Assembly (NCBI RefSeq): GCF_009914755.1
Contig: NC_060942.1
Length of the DNA stretch: 64,000 nucleotides
Reading direction: 5' to 3' (one strand)
From: the human T2T-CHM13v2.0 reference genome, Homo sapiens
The translations under genes and the position numbers were made by a program. Positions 1-16,224 of this stretch are shown piece after piece; positions within the stretch are counted from its first letter, which is position 1, and every line of letters starts with the position of its first letter. The notes beneath the pieces were generated by a model. It had not been told where the DNA came from, did no database searches, and saw only the letters and a list, made by a program, of their open reading frames with translations.

Positions 1-1889
1 GCAAGACACCAAAAGCTTCAGATTCTTTAGAAATTAAAATGGATCTCATATGAAAAACCTGAAGACTTATCAATCACCTTTCTCAGTCAAGGCCCACTCA
101 TGAGAGCAAAGTACAAAGTGTGTGTTTGGGTCAGGGCTGGGGTAAGAAACAGAATGGGTTGACTGGGAAAAGCAAGAAGTTTATGCCATGTGACTATAAT
201 GAAGGGCTATTTGTGCATCATTGTCAAGGGGCTTCTAATGATTTTAAACCACCTAGAAAGCTCATTTCTTTCAACTCCTGTCCTAAAAGATGAACCTCAC
301 CATCAGAGCTACCAATGCCTTTGGATCCTGATCCTAGCCATGAGTCATCCTGATGCATTCACATACAACATAAAAGATCCTTTCACCACTAGGAAGTTTT
401 TGCAGCCTGACAAGCATCTGGATGTTTCCAAACAACTGGATATTTAACATTGCAAAAACAAAACAGTTGCCTGACAGTTTAATGTTTTCATTTTTTATCC
501 AGATGTTTTAGTATCTTATGAGCACTTTCTCACTATTTTCATGCAATATATCCTTGTAGAACTTGGCATTTTAAAGATTATATTGTTTTAACATTGAGAA
601 GTAAAATTAAATGTGAAAATAAAAGGAGTAAAATATCTTTCATTTCCAACTGAAAAATATTATGAGTAGATTCGTGGCTATAAAGAGATGGGAAGGATTT
701 GCCAAAGTGAATTACAGTCTAATCTTCATTTTAAAAAATAGCTTTGTTATATTTAGACTTTAGTTTTCCTTTGTATTTGCAAGTTAGAATATCTATAATA
801 TTAAAGTATATATTTGAACTATTATACTTTAAATAAAGTATAGTATTTAAACTCCAGTTGAAGGACCTTATAAAGTACACAAAGGTATTAGATTACTTTC
901 ATAAAATAGTTCATTTCTTACTTATAACTTTTAAAATAGTACAAAAATTAAGTTTAAAAAATTCCTTAAAATTCTAAATCTTTTCCTGAACAAGAAAACT
1001 CCTTAATCTGAAAAATAAAATTCTACCTTACTCTCATGAACCTTATTCATGCATTACTTGTATCTCTCTGATACCTTTTATTTTTTTTCATTTCCTGAAC
1101 ATGTATTTTTTTGTAAATGGACCTTCTGTCAGGATATCATCTCGGCCTTCCATATCCTTCTATATCCTTACAGTTTTTCTCGCTTTAATTCTTGAAGTCC
1201 AAGATAAATGAAATAAAAAGACAAATATGAGTTTGAGCAAAAGGGCTTTTATATCGAACAAGAAAAAGACTTCATTCAGATCCTCTAAAGATAAATTGAG
1301 GATGGTTATTTTTATCTATAGCTGTAAAGTCATTTTCAGCTGAAGACCAAGAATAGGAAGCAGAAGGCTCTTCCTCTGGTTTTGTTGTGTTCAGTGTGTT
1401 TTGGATGATCTAAAGCAGCAACATGAGTCAATGTTCCACAGATGGAGGCCACTGGAGAGATGGCTCAAAACCCAGACATTTATTTTATATATACACACAC
1501 ACCATTCTCTGTACAGATTCACAGAATTATTCACATATATAACTCCCTTTAGGCCTGTACTGTATTGTCGATTCCATCAATATTGTAATGTAGACACTCA
1601 AATGCCTCAAAAAGCACATGAGCAGGTAGCATCATCTTCCACTATTATCTGCAACAAGAACAATGTCGGTATTTCTCTGAATATGTGGCATGCAAAGAGT
1701 ACACCCACCATCTGCTGAACTTGTCAATGAATGTGTTTCTACCATAGACATAGAACACAATGGGAAGGAACATTGGAAAGCACCGAATTCCTCGGTTAAA
1801 GATAAGAAAACTAAAGGTAGATGAGGATGTGTGACATTTCTAAGATCTCCCCAAAGAGCCTGTGGAAGATCTAGGAGCAGAATATCTCT

Positions 1890-3254
1890 CTTTTAATTTT
1901 TTTAAGTGTTTTCATTTTTTTAACTTTTAAGTTCAGGAGTACAAGTGCAGGATTTTTACATATGCAAACTTGTATCATGGGGGTTAGTTGTATAGATTAT
2001 TTCATCACCCAGGAATTAGCCTAGTATCAATTATTTTTTCCTAATCTTCTTCCTTCTCCCACCACCGTCCACCCTCCAAAAGGCCCCAATGTCTGTTGTC
2101 CCCCTCTTTGTGTCCATGTGTTCTCATCATTTAGCTCCTACTTATAAGTGAAAACATACAGTATTTGGTTTCCTCTTCCTGTGTTAGTTTGCTAAGGACA
2201 ATGGCCTCAAGTTCCATCCATCTTCCTGCAAAAGACATGATCTCATTATTGTTTATGACTGCATAGTATTCCAAGGTGTATATGTACCACATTTTCTTTA
2301 TCCAGTCTATTATTGATGGGCATTTCAGTTGATTCCATGTCTTTGCTATTGTGAATAGTGCTGTAATGAACACATGCATGCATGTGTATTTATAATTTAA
2401 TGATTTCTATTCCTTTGAGTTTACACACAGTAATGGGATTGCTGGTTTGAATGGTAGCTTTCTCTTAAGGTCTTTGAGGAAGCACCACACTGTCTTCCAC
2501 AATGGCTGAACTAATTTACACTCCCACCAATAATGTATAGCATTCCTTTTTCTCCACAATCTGGCCAGCATCTTTAACTTTTGGACTTTTTAATCATAGC
2601 CATTGTGACTGGTGTGAGATAGTACCTCATTGTGGTTTTGATTTACATTTCACTAATGATCAGTAATGTTGAACTTTTTTTCCATATGATTGACTATTGG
2701 CCACATGTACATCTTCTTTTGAAAAGTAACTGTTCATGTCCTTTGCCCACTTTTTAATGAGGTTGTTTTTCTCTTGTAAATTTGTTCAAGTTCCTTATAG
2801 ATGCTGGATTTTGGTCCTGTGTTGGATGCATAGCTTGCAAAAATGTTCTCCCATTCTGTAGATTGTGTTTACTCTGATGATAGTTTCCTTTGCCATACAG
2901 AAGCTCTTTAACTAGATCCCATTTGTCAATTTTTGCTTTTGTTGCTATTGCTTTCGTTGCTATTGCTTTTGGTATCTTTGTCATGAAATCTTTGCCTGTG
3001 CCCACGTTCTGAATGGTCATCTTAGAGAGTTTTTATAGTTTTGGGTTTTACATTTAAGTCTTTAATCCATCTTGAGTTGATTTTTTGTATATGGTGTAAC
3101 GAAGGGGTCCAGTTTCAATCTTCCGCATAGGGCTAGCCAGTTATCACAGCACCATTTATTGAATAGGGAATCCTTTCCTGATTGCTGTTTTTGTCAGGTT
3201 TGTTGAAGATCAGATAGCTGTAGGTGTGCAGTCTTATTTCTGGGTTCTCTATAC
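1890..3254 (-). mobile_element. 5'-truncated L1 (L1PA13-15-type 3' end, ~1.35 kb), inserted into a MIR remnant
   Basis: T-rich tail at ~1890-1930 followed by antisense L1 3'UTR and ORF2 C-terminus (ORFs 2131-2379 'MFITALFTIAKTWNQ'-like and 2754-3020). Degenerate TSD AGGAGCAGAATATCTCT 1873-1889 / AAGAACAGAGTATCTCT 3255-3271 (14/17). Confidence 0.9.
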
Positions 3255-4479
3255 AAGAACAGAGTATCTCTAATCCACTGCTCTTTGTAGCACAATATAC
3301 TTTGGCTGACTTTAGCTTGTAATGATTTACCTTCTTTCTTTCAGTAATATTAATATCTAAAGATTTCTTCCTCCCCTACTAGGTTACACCTATAGGGTGT
3401 AAAAATATTATCAAAATATTCTCAAAAATATTATCTTGTAAAAACTACTTAGATTTGTTATCACCAGTAAAGAAATAGTGACATGTACTAATACTTTTAG
3501 TTGATGAGGAGAAAAGATTAAATGTGCCAATGACTTTTAAGGAAAAGTAACATAGGCAAGGACAAGTTTGAGCTTACAGACTGCACACTTTCTAGAAAGT
3601 TCCAGTTCATTGCCTCCCCACCAGCATGTGTACTGAAGTAGAAGTCCCTCTATTAATGTCTCAAGATATTTAGTCCACAACCAGAAATACTTCTTTGTGG
3701 GCAGGGAAATTTACTGGAATAGAGAGGCACATTAAGTAGCATTGTGTGTTACAGCCACTGCACCCTTGAGCTATTGAGAAAAAAGGCATTCCATCTGAAC
3801 ACAAATATGTGGAAAATAAGGCAGTAAAATGGGGTCACATCTTAAGTACACTTCACTTACAGGTGACTTTAGAAAGAACTTATTTTCCCACCACCATCCT
3901 CACCAACATCACACACCCACTGTGCCTCCCAACGCACACACATGCAGCTCCACCACCTCACTTAATTTTCAAAATAAATATATATTTATTTAATGTATAT
4001 TAAGATTAAAGAGCATGAATAATGAAACAACTCAGGGAGCAAGTAGGAAAAGTATCAAATGATCTACCTATACATAAATTCACTAGTAGGTATATAACAA
4101 TCTGGCATTTCCAAATTTCTGTTACAGACTCCCCTTTTATCTAGCTTGGCAAGCATCTAAATTTTAGTCCATATAAGAATTGTTTATGTTGCCATAAATA
4201 TAAATTGTATATACCACACTACATAGAAAAATTTGAAATTTTAAGGGTAATTTTGGCCATATGCAATTTTTGCCTTATGCCTTACACTTCAAAATTTTGA
4301 CTCCAGGCAAAATGCATATTAATTACCTGCACAAGTGGAGCCTTAACACAAAATGTCTTAATGTCTACGTTGAGATATTCACATTTCATCTGTAAGGTTG
4401 GGGAGATGGTATAAATTCCTTAGCTAGCAAATATCATGGCAAAATATTTTTAAGAACATTAATCTAGTGACTTTGCCAG

Positions 4480-4640
4480 AGATACATGGGAAGGGAGAGT
4501 CAGGGATAGACTGGAAGAAGAAATATCAATTTATAGATCACTTCAATAGTCTGGGCATGCAATAAAGACATCCTAAATTAGGATGGTTGTAGAAATGTAA
4601 AGGAAGAAGGAAGCATTACAAGGAAGACTCTGGGTGTGAA
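4480..4640 (-). mobile_element. L2 fragment
   Basis: Purine-rich degenerate match to antisense L2 ('tcaatagtctgggcatgcaataaagacatcctaaattaggatggttg'). Recognised by eye only. Confidence 0.45.
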
Positions 4641-4764
4641 AGAAAATACTAATAATGTAACACAGTTAATAAAAGCAAAGCCTTTTCTATTTTACAGAGT
4701 TGGATTAAATTCTAGTTATTACTACCATCTAATCATGTAACAACAAACTTTTATTTATCACCGC

Positions 4765-5214
4765 CATGATGATTAATTTTATATGCCAGCTTGGCTGGGC
4801 CACAAATTGCCCAGACATTTGGCCAATTATTCTGAGTATGTCTGTGAGGGTGTTTCTGGATGAGATTAATATTTGAATCGGTAGACTGCATAGAGCCGAT
4901 TGACCTCTCTGATGTAGGTGTGCCTCATCTGATCAGTTAAAGACCTGAATTTAAAAAAAAAAAAAAAAAGCCTGAGTAAGTGATAACTCCTCCTGCCTGG
5001 CTGTCTTGAGTTGGGATATTGATTTTTTCCAGCCTTCAGACCTGAACTGAAACATTGGCTCTTGAGTCCTAAGCCTGCCAGCTTTGGGACTGGAGCTTAC
5101 ACTATCAGCTCTCCTCATTCTTAGGCCTATGGACTCAGATTGGAGCTATGCATTGAGAAAGTTCCAAGATCTGCAGAATCATCTGAGCCAATTCCTTATA
5201 ATAAATCTCTTTCT
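4765..5214 (+). mobile_element. MLT2 (ERVL) solo LTR, 5' part (MLT2D-like), interrupted by L1
   Basis: Starts 'atgatgattaattttatatgccagcttggctgggcca', contains 'gtctgtgagggtgtttctggatgagattaa' and ends 'gagccaattccttataataaatctctttc'. Resumes after the L1 at 11366. Confidence 0.85.
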
Positions 5215-6236
5215 TGGGGGATCTGGAAAGATGGCCCAATAGCAACAGCTCCAGTCTGCAGCTCCCAGCGAGACCATCGCAGAATATGGGTGATTCCTGC
5301 ATTTCCAACTGAGAGGCACCTGGAACCCCAGCGAGACAGAACTGTTCACTCCTGTGGAAAGGGAGGCTGAAGCTAGGGAGCCAAGTGGTCTCATTCAGAG
5401 GGGCCAACTCCAATGGAGCCCAGCAAGCTAAGAACCACTGGCTTGAAATTTCTCACTGCCAACACAGCCCTCTGAATTTGACCTGGGACAATCGAGCTTG
5501 GTGGGAGAAGGGCATCACCATTACTATGGCTTGAGTAGGCAGTTTTTCCCTGACAGCGCTAAGGGGCTTGGAAGTTCAGACTGAGTGGAACTCAACACAG
5601 CACGGCAAAGCAGCTGTGGCCAGACTGCCTCTCTAGACTCCTCTTCACTGGGCAGGGCATCTCTGAAAGAAAGGCAGCAGCTCCAGTCAGGGGCTTATAG
5701 ATAAAACTCCCATCTCCCTGGGGCAGAGCAGCTGGCGGATGGGGCGGCTGTAGGGCACAGCTTCAGGAGACTTAAACAGTTTTGCCTGCTGGCTCTGAAG
5801 AGAGCAGCAGATCCTGAGAAGGAAGTTTCTCCTAGCACAGAGCTCGAGCTCTGCTAAGAGACAGACTGCTCCTCAAGTGGGTCCCTGACCTCCATGCCTC
5901 CTGATTGGGAGAGACCTCCCAACAGGAGTTGACAGACACCTATACAGGAGAGCTCCAGCTGGCATCAGGTCCATGCCCCTCTGGGACGAAACTTCCAGAG
6001 GAAGGAGCAGGCAGCAATCTTTGCTGTTCTGCAGCCTCTGCTGGTGATACCCAGGCAAATAGGGTCTGCAGTGGACCTCCAGCAAACTGCAGCAGACCTG
6101 CAGCAGAGGGGCCTGCCTGTTAGAATACCTAACAAACAGAAAGCAATAACATCAACATCGACAAAAAGGACCCCCACACAGAATCTCATCCACAGGTCAT
6201 CAGCCTCAAAGTACAAAGGTAGATAAATCCACTAAG

Positions 6237-7262
6237 ATGAGGAAAAAACCGTGCAAAAATGCTGAAAATTTAAAAAACCAGAATGCCTCTTCTCCTCCAA
6301 ATTATCCCAGATCCTCTCTAGTAAGGGCACAAAAATGGACACAGAATGAGTTTGAGGAATTGATGGAAGTAAGCTTCAGAAGGGGGGTAATAACAAACTC
6401 TTGAGCTAAAAAAGCTTGTTCTAACCCAATGCAAGGAAGCTAAAAACCTTTAAAAAAAAAAAAAAGGCCACATGAACTAATAACTAGAATAACCAGTTTA
6501 GAGAAGAACATAAATGACCTAATAGAGCTGAAAAACACAGCACGAGAACTTCATGAAATATAAGCAAGTATCAATAGCCAAATCAATCAAGTGGAAGAAA
6601 GGATATCAGAGACTGAAGGTCAACTTACTGAAATAAGGTGTGAAGACAAGGTTAGAGAAAAAAGAATGAAAAGGAACAAAGCCTCCAAGAAATATGGGAC
6701 TATAGAAAAAGACCAAACCTATGACTGACTGGGGTCCCTGAAAGTGATGGGGAGAATGGAATCAAGTTGGAAAACACATTTTAGGATATTATCCAGGAGA
6801 ACTTCCCCAACCTAGCAAGACAGGCCAATATTCAAACTCAGGAAATACAGAGAACTACTAACATACTCCTTGAGAAGAGCAACCCCAAGACACATAACTG
6901 TCAAATTCTCCAACATTGAAATGAAGGAAAAAATATTAAGGGCAGCCAGAGAAAAAGGTCAGGTTACCCACAAAGGGAAGCCCAACAGACTAACAGCAGA
7001 TCTCTCTGCAGGAACCCTACAAGCCAGAAGAGGATGGGGGCCAATATTCAACATTCTTAAAGAAAAGAGTTTTCAACCCAGAATTTCATATCCAGCTAAA
7101 CTAAGCTTCATAAGTGAAGAAGAAGTAAAATCCTTTACACACAAGCAAATGCTGGGGGATTTTGTCACCACCAGGCCTGCCTTACAAGAGCTCCTGAAGG
7201 AAGCACTAAATGTGGAAAGGAAGAACCAGTACAAGCCACTGCAAAGACACACCAAAATATAA
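6237..7262 (+). pseudogene. L1 ORF1 (RNA chaperone), disrupted
   Basis: ATG at 6237. C-terminal 'RRATPRHITVKF...RPALQELLKEALN' is recognisable. Upstream stops and frameshifts (A-run at 6452-6465). Confidence 0.9.
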
Positions 7263-7322
7263 AGACCAAAGACACTACCAAGAAACTGTATCAACTAATG
7301 TGCAAAATAACCAGCTAGCACC

Positions 7323-11165
<3,843 letters not shown>

Positions 11166-11365
11166 ACAATGAGAACACATGGACCCAGGGAGGGGAACAT
11201 AAAACTGGGGCCTGTCAGCAGGTTGGGGGCAAGGGGAGGGAGAGCATTGGGACAAATATGTAATGCATGAGGTGCTTAAAACCTATATGACTGGTTGATA
11301 GGTGAAGAAAACCACCATGGCACATGTATACCTATGTAACAAACCTGCATGTTCAGCACATGTAT

Positions 11366-11371
11366 TATATA

Positions 11372-11435
<64 letters not shown>

Positions 11436-11474
11436 TATCCTATTAGTTCTGTTTCTCTGAAGAACTCTAATATG
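11366..11474 (+). mobile_element. MLT2 LTR 3' end with (TG)n(TA)n microsatellite
   Basis: (TG)n/(TA)n run ~11372-11427, then 'atatcctattagttctgtttctctgaagaactctaatatg', the typical MLT2 terminus. Confidence 0.8.
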
Positions 11475-12524
11475 TTCACTAAGCTTTTTCTCTTGTGTAC
11501 AATGAGTTCTATACATTTACTCACAGTTTTATTGAAAGGATTAAAATGACATAATGTATGTCAGTGTGATAATATGTATAATATATATATCACATAATGA
11601 TACGATATAGCATAATGTATGGTATTTTAAAAAAATAGTGAAAGCAAAGGTTTTGAAAAAATTAAGCTCATTTAAGTGATGTAGATAGAGTTGCTTTAAT
11701 ATATGGGTTTCTTATGTAATAACCCCTGCAAGTACATGAGGTTTAGGTGAGGAAAGAGAGGGCCAGATGTGTGGCAAGTATTTTCATGAACGCATTAATG
11801 TGCCCTGAACTGTGTTTCAGATTAGTGAGATCTTCAGAATAATTGCTGGAAGGATAGAAGAAAATATCTTGTAATTATGTAGTTGCACTACAAAAACAAT
11901 CAGAGGCGGATCCCAATGCTGCTGGAAGATGTAGCAAAACCTGAGTATAACTTTGGTTCAGTGGAGTGGCCAAGATGCTCTCCCCACCTCTGCACACCCT
12001 CTTAAGGAAGGACATGATGCCTAAATATGAATTCAATTCCAATCATAAGTTCATGCTCACTGAAACTTCCTCCTCACTGCAAAGCTCCAGCTTCAGAGAA
12101 TTTTCTCTGCTAAATTCTCTCATGAGGAACACAGAAAACTCTGGCTGTCTTCCTCACTTGGTGTTGAGGAAGATAGAGTAAACCACCTTAGATATTTCCT
12201 TCCCTTTAGACTTCCCATTCTCCATAGCCATCTCCATAGACATCTCCTCTGTTTTCACTCCATAACAATACTAGAGATTTCTACTAATATCTCACGTTCT
12301 GGACAAGGAATGCACTATCAATCTTGTATTTCCAAAATGTATCTAGAAGACTCATTTCTCTCCCCCAAGACTCAACTCAGCTGGATGGTAAATTCAGGCT
12401 CCCTACCTAGGATAAACACCAGGTTCAATGTTTATTTCCTTAACATCCCTCCTTCTCTCCTGGTCCCAAAGGGTATGTATCAAGGTAAGAAAGGGGAAAA
12501 GTACCTCATTCAATGTTATGATTT

Positions 12525-12817
<293 letters not shown>

Positions 12818-12938
12818 ATGATTTCTTTCCAAAGCTGGTGCTACATGTATGACACAAGCTTTATGACTTGATTCGTTTAAGGCTTTGATTTTTATACTCC
12901 AAGCCAAGCTTTTAGAAATTATAAAACTTTACTTTCTT

Positions 12939-13244
12939 TTTTTTCTTCTTTCTTTTTTTTGGTGGGGGACCGAGTCTCGCTCTGTAGTCCAAGCTGGAGT
13001 ACAGTGGCGTGACCTCGGCTCACTGCAACCTCCGCCTCCTGGGTTCAAGCAATTCTTTGCCCCAGCCTCCTGAGTAACTGGGATTACAGGTGCCTGACAC
13101 CATACCTGGTTAATTTTTGTATTTTTAGTAGAGACGATGTTTCACCGTCTTGGCGAGGCTGGTCTTGAACTCCTGACCTCATGATCCACCCACCTCAGTC
13201 TCCCAAAGTGCTGGAATTATAGGCATGAGCCACCGCGCCTAGCC
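12939..13244 (-). mobile_element. AluS (Sg/Sc-like)
   Basis: Full Alu on the minus strand. Perfect 16-bp TSD AAAACTTTACTTTCTT 12923-12938 / 13245-13260. Confidence 0.95.
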
Positions 13245-13518
13245 AAAACTTTACTTTCTTAAAACACTCAACTTGTACAAACCAGAAGCCTCATTGTTCA
13301 AGACTATTGTCTCTGCTTTGCAATACAAAAGTTGAACATCTTGCTTCTTACATTTTGAATTTTCTATAATAAAAACATTCTGCCAAGGATAGTAGCTTTC
13401 TCAGCAATTTAATCACAATATGGATAAAATAAAGAGTAGAAAAACCACTTAGATTATGCTTATCTTCAGGGTGCCTCATATATTATTGAGCCACACATCA
13501 AACAGACATAATGTTTAT

Positions 13519-13570
13519 CTTTGGGGTGCCCCATGCAGTCCTTCCTTTGGGGTGCCCCATGAAGTCCTTC
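13519..13570. repeat. 26-bp tandem duplication (2 copies)
   Basis: CTTTGGGGTGCCCCATGCAGTCCTTC / CTTTGGGGTGCCCCATGAAGTCCTTC, 1 mismatch. Confidence 0.9.
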
Positions 13571-14569
13571 CTTATTTGTCCTATTTTTACCTTGTCTTCT
13601 TTGCCAAGTGGCATACACCATCAGGCTATTGGCTTCTACGAAATCAAAGATTTGAGCTAAAAGCAAAACCCAGATCTGGAGTAATGAAATTCCCAGCATC
13701 AATTAGCCTCTGAAGAGGCACATTTTAGACCAAGAAGTGTTCCCAGAATTCTTAAAATTACACCAACAGACACTTGTTTCTCCACCAGACATTCCAACTA
13801 TGTGTTAGAACTCCTATTTCTCTGATCAAAGTTTATTGTTTCAAATCCCACTTTTCAGTGATGTAGAAGAAAAATACACGTTGTACATGACCCATTCTAA
13901 TAGGAAGTAAAGTATGGTAACACTAAAGTAGACTTCTAATTAAAGTATTTGAAATTAAAGTATAATTGTAAACCATATGTGTTAAATTGAAAAGATATGA
14001 CCACGAAGAAGCCGCTGGGGTGTCAGTTTTATCTAAAGCTTGTTTTAAGGCAACTATTAAAGTGTGCAGGCATTTTATGGTTGAGAAAGATTTCAAAAAG
14101 CTACAAAAGATTATGTTATATTATCATATGTTGATAAATTGAAGAAATGGTCTGGAATCGATACAATGAAGGTCAAATAGTGTTGATAAAATGCAGAATA
14201 GAGCAAAGATATAAAATACAGAATACAGAAAGATATAAAATGAACAATCATATGGGAATATCTAAGGTAAGTCACACCCACAGAAATAGTGATTCAGACA
14301 GACTGCAATGAATGTAGATCAACCTTGAATGTTGCCTTCTTCCCACACCTAAAAGGCAAATGCCTTCAATAAGAAGTACAAATAGAAATATTACAGATCC
14401 ACATACATAATATTTACATATTGTATACACTGATTTTGAAACAGTATCAAAATCATAAACTAAAAGGACTCCAAGAATCAAAGGCCATTCAAAATAGAAC
14501 AAAATGAGGTGTTTTTTTAGGTAATTAAATGGAAAACCTCTGAAGAAAGAAAGTTTAGTAGGAGAAACC

Positions 14570-14700
14570 ACTAGCCGGAAATATGCAACTAAGTTGCTCA
14601 TAGACTCTTAATCCTCAGAAAATGTGAGATGATAAATACATGATACTTTAGGATGTGAGTTTTGGAGTAATTTTTTACACAGCAATAAGTAACTAATACA
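14570..14700 (+). mobile_element. MLT1 (MaLR) LTR 3' fragment
   Basis: 'cagaaaatgtgagatgataaata...ttttggagtaattttttacacagcaataagtaactaataca', typical of an MLT1 terminus. Confidence 0.7.
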
Positions 14701-16118
14701 AGCATTAGTTATACGATAAAAGAATCTGTAGTATATTTATAAGGTTATTCTAAATGTAAATAAATTTGTCAAAGCTTATTTTCCCATCTCATAAATAAAG
14801 CTGTTTCAAATGTTTTGCAATAACTGAAAAGTAGAACAGTTGCTAGGATGAAACAGTAATAAAATACTGATTAAAACATAAAAAAAACCCGAATTTAAAA
14901 AAATATGTGGTTCTGCCAATAGGATCAGTAACTGGTGACAAAGATAACTGTTTTTAAAAGTATAAATGGCCATCATTAAAAGTCAGATACTTTGGATGTA
15001 AAGAGGGATTTTTTCAAATAATGGGATTATGTGATAGTCTTAAAATTTAGATTAATAAATTTTTAGGCCAATGAATAACTTAGCAACATAAGACTTGTCA
15101 GAGGAGGTAAAGACAATAAAGAAAATTGATATTGATAGTCTAGTAAAAAGTTACTTTTGGGGAGACAGATGAAGCATAATGAAAATTACGCTCATCATGA
15201 CAGTATAAGGAAAAACAGATAATATTTAAACATTAATCAATATAAATCTTTCCTCCTCTGAATTTATACTCACAATGAGCAATAGAACATGAGATGTATT
15301 GCTTCCATAAGTTGATAAATGGTGTTTTTTGATTATCACTGAGTGCCAAACACCATGATGATCATCAGACTACTAAAATAATATTGATACTATACTGTCA
15401 ACTTACATTTGTGTGGTGCCTCACTCTCAGCAAATCTTTTCAATTTGGCTTTCCCCATCTGCCTCAAATGGCTGCTAATTGCCCACAGACACCTTGTTCT
15501 CTTGATCTCTGACTTTACACTCCTTAAATTCTGCATTTTGAGACCATATTAACCAATTAGCTTAATCATCATTGGTTCTTGTCAATGGATCACACAAGCT
15601 CTGCTTCTAATTTTGAGAATGTTTTTCAAATCAAGCTTCACAATGACATGGAGCAACGCTAATTATACTCTCGAGGGGTGCTGTGAAGTTCTCAAAATAA
15701 AATTAATCTTTTATTTCAAAACTAATCTGGATGCTACTTCCAGAACTGCCATCACAATGTATGGGATGCAAGAGGATAGATACAATATGAATAAATAAAA
15801 AGGCATCAGGATCACAAAACAATAAAGCATCATAGCTCTGTGGGAAAGTGTTTATTTTAAGGAAACTTTTAAAATAGAACTGAAGAAGAGGTATCAAATA
15901 ATTTGAGGACTATTATTTATCTCTGACCTGGGAGCCATGGAGCTACCAGAAAGTTCCTGACTTTGAGAAATACAATTTTAATAGAAAAGACTAACAAAAA
16001 TTAAATGATAACACTATAAAAAGTGACATATGTAATATTCATAAACTATATTAACTATGTAATATTCAAAATGTATACCAAAGAAGCTTAGAACAGGGAG
16101 AGATCAGTGGGTATATCA

Positions 16119-16147
16119 GTACCCTAGAACTTAAAGTATAATAAAAA
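16119..16147 (+). mobile_element. Minimal L1PA 3'-terminal fragment (~29 bp)
   Basis: GTACCCTAGAACTTAAAGTATAATAAAAA matches the terminal L1PA5/6 sequence (compare 26062-26083 in this window). Confidence 0.7.
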
Positions 16148-16224
16148 TATATATTAAAACAAGAGAAGGGAGACCATTTTTTGTCTGGTAGAGAAGAGCA
16201 AGATACGAGATCTTTTTATATTCC

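Noticed and set aside
3385-3403. Small palindrome TTACACC-TATAG-GGTGTAA
   Set aside because: A 7-bp stem is expected by chance in 64 kb.
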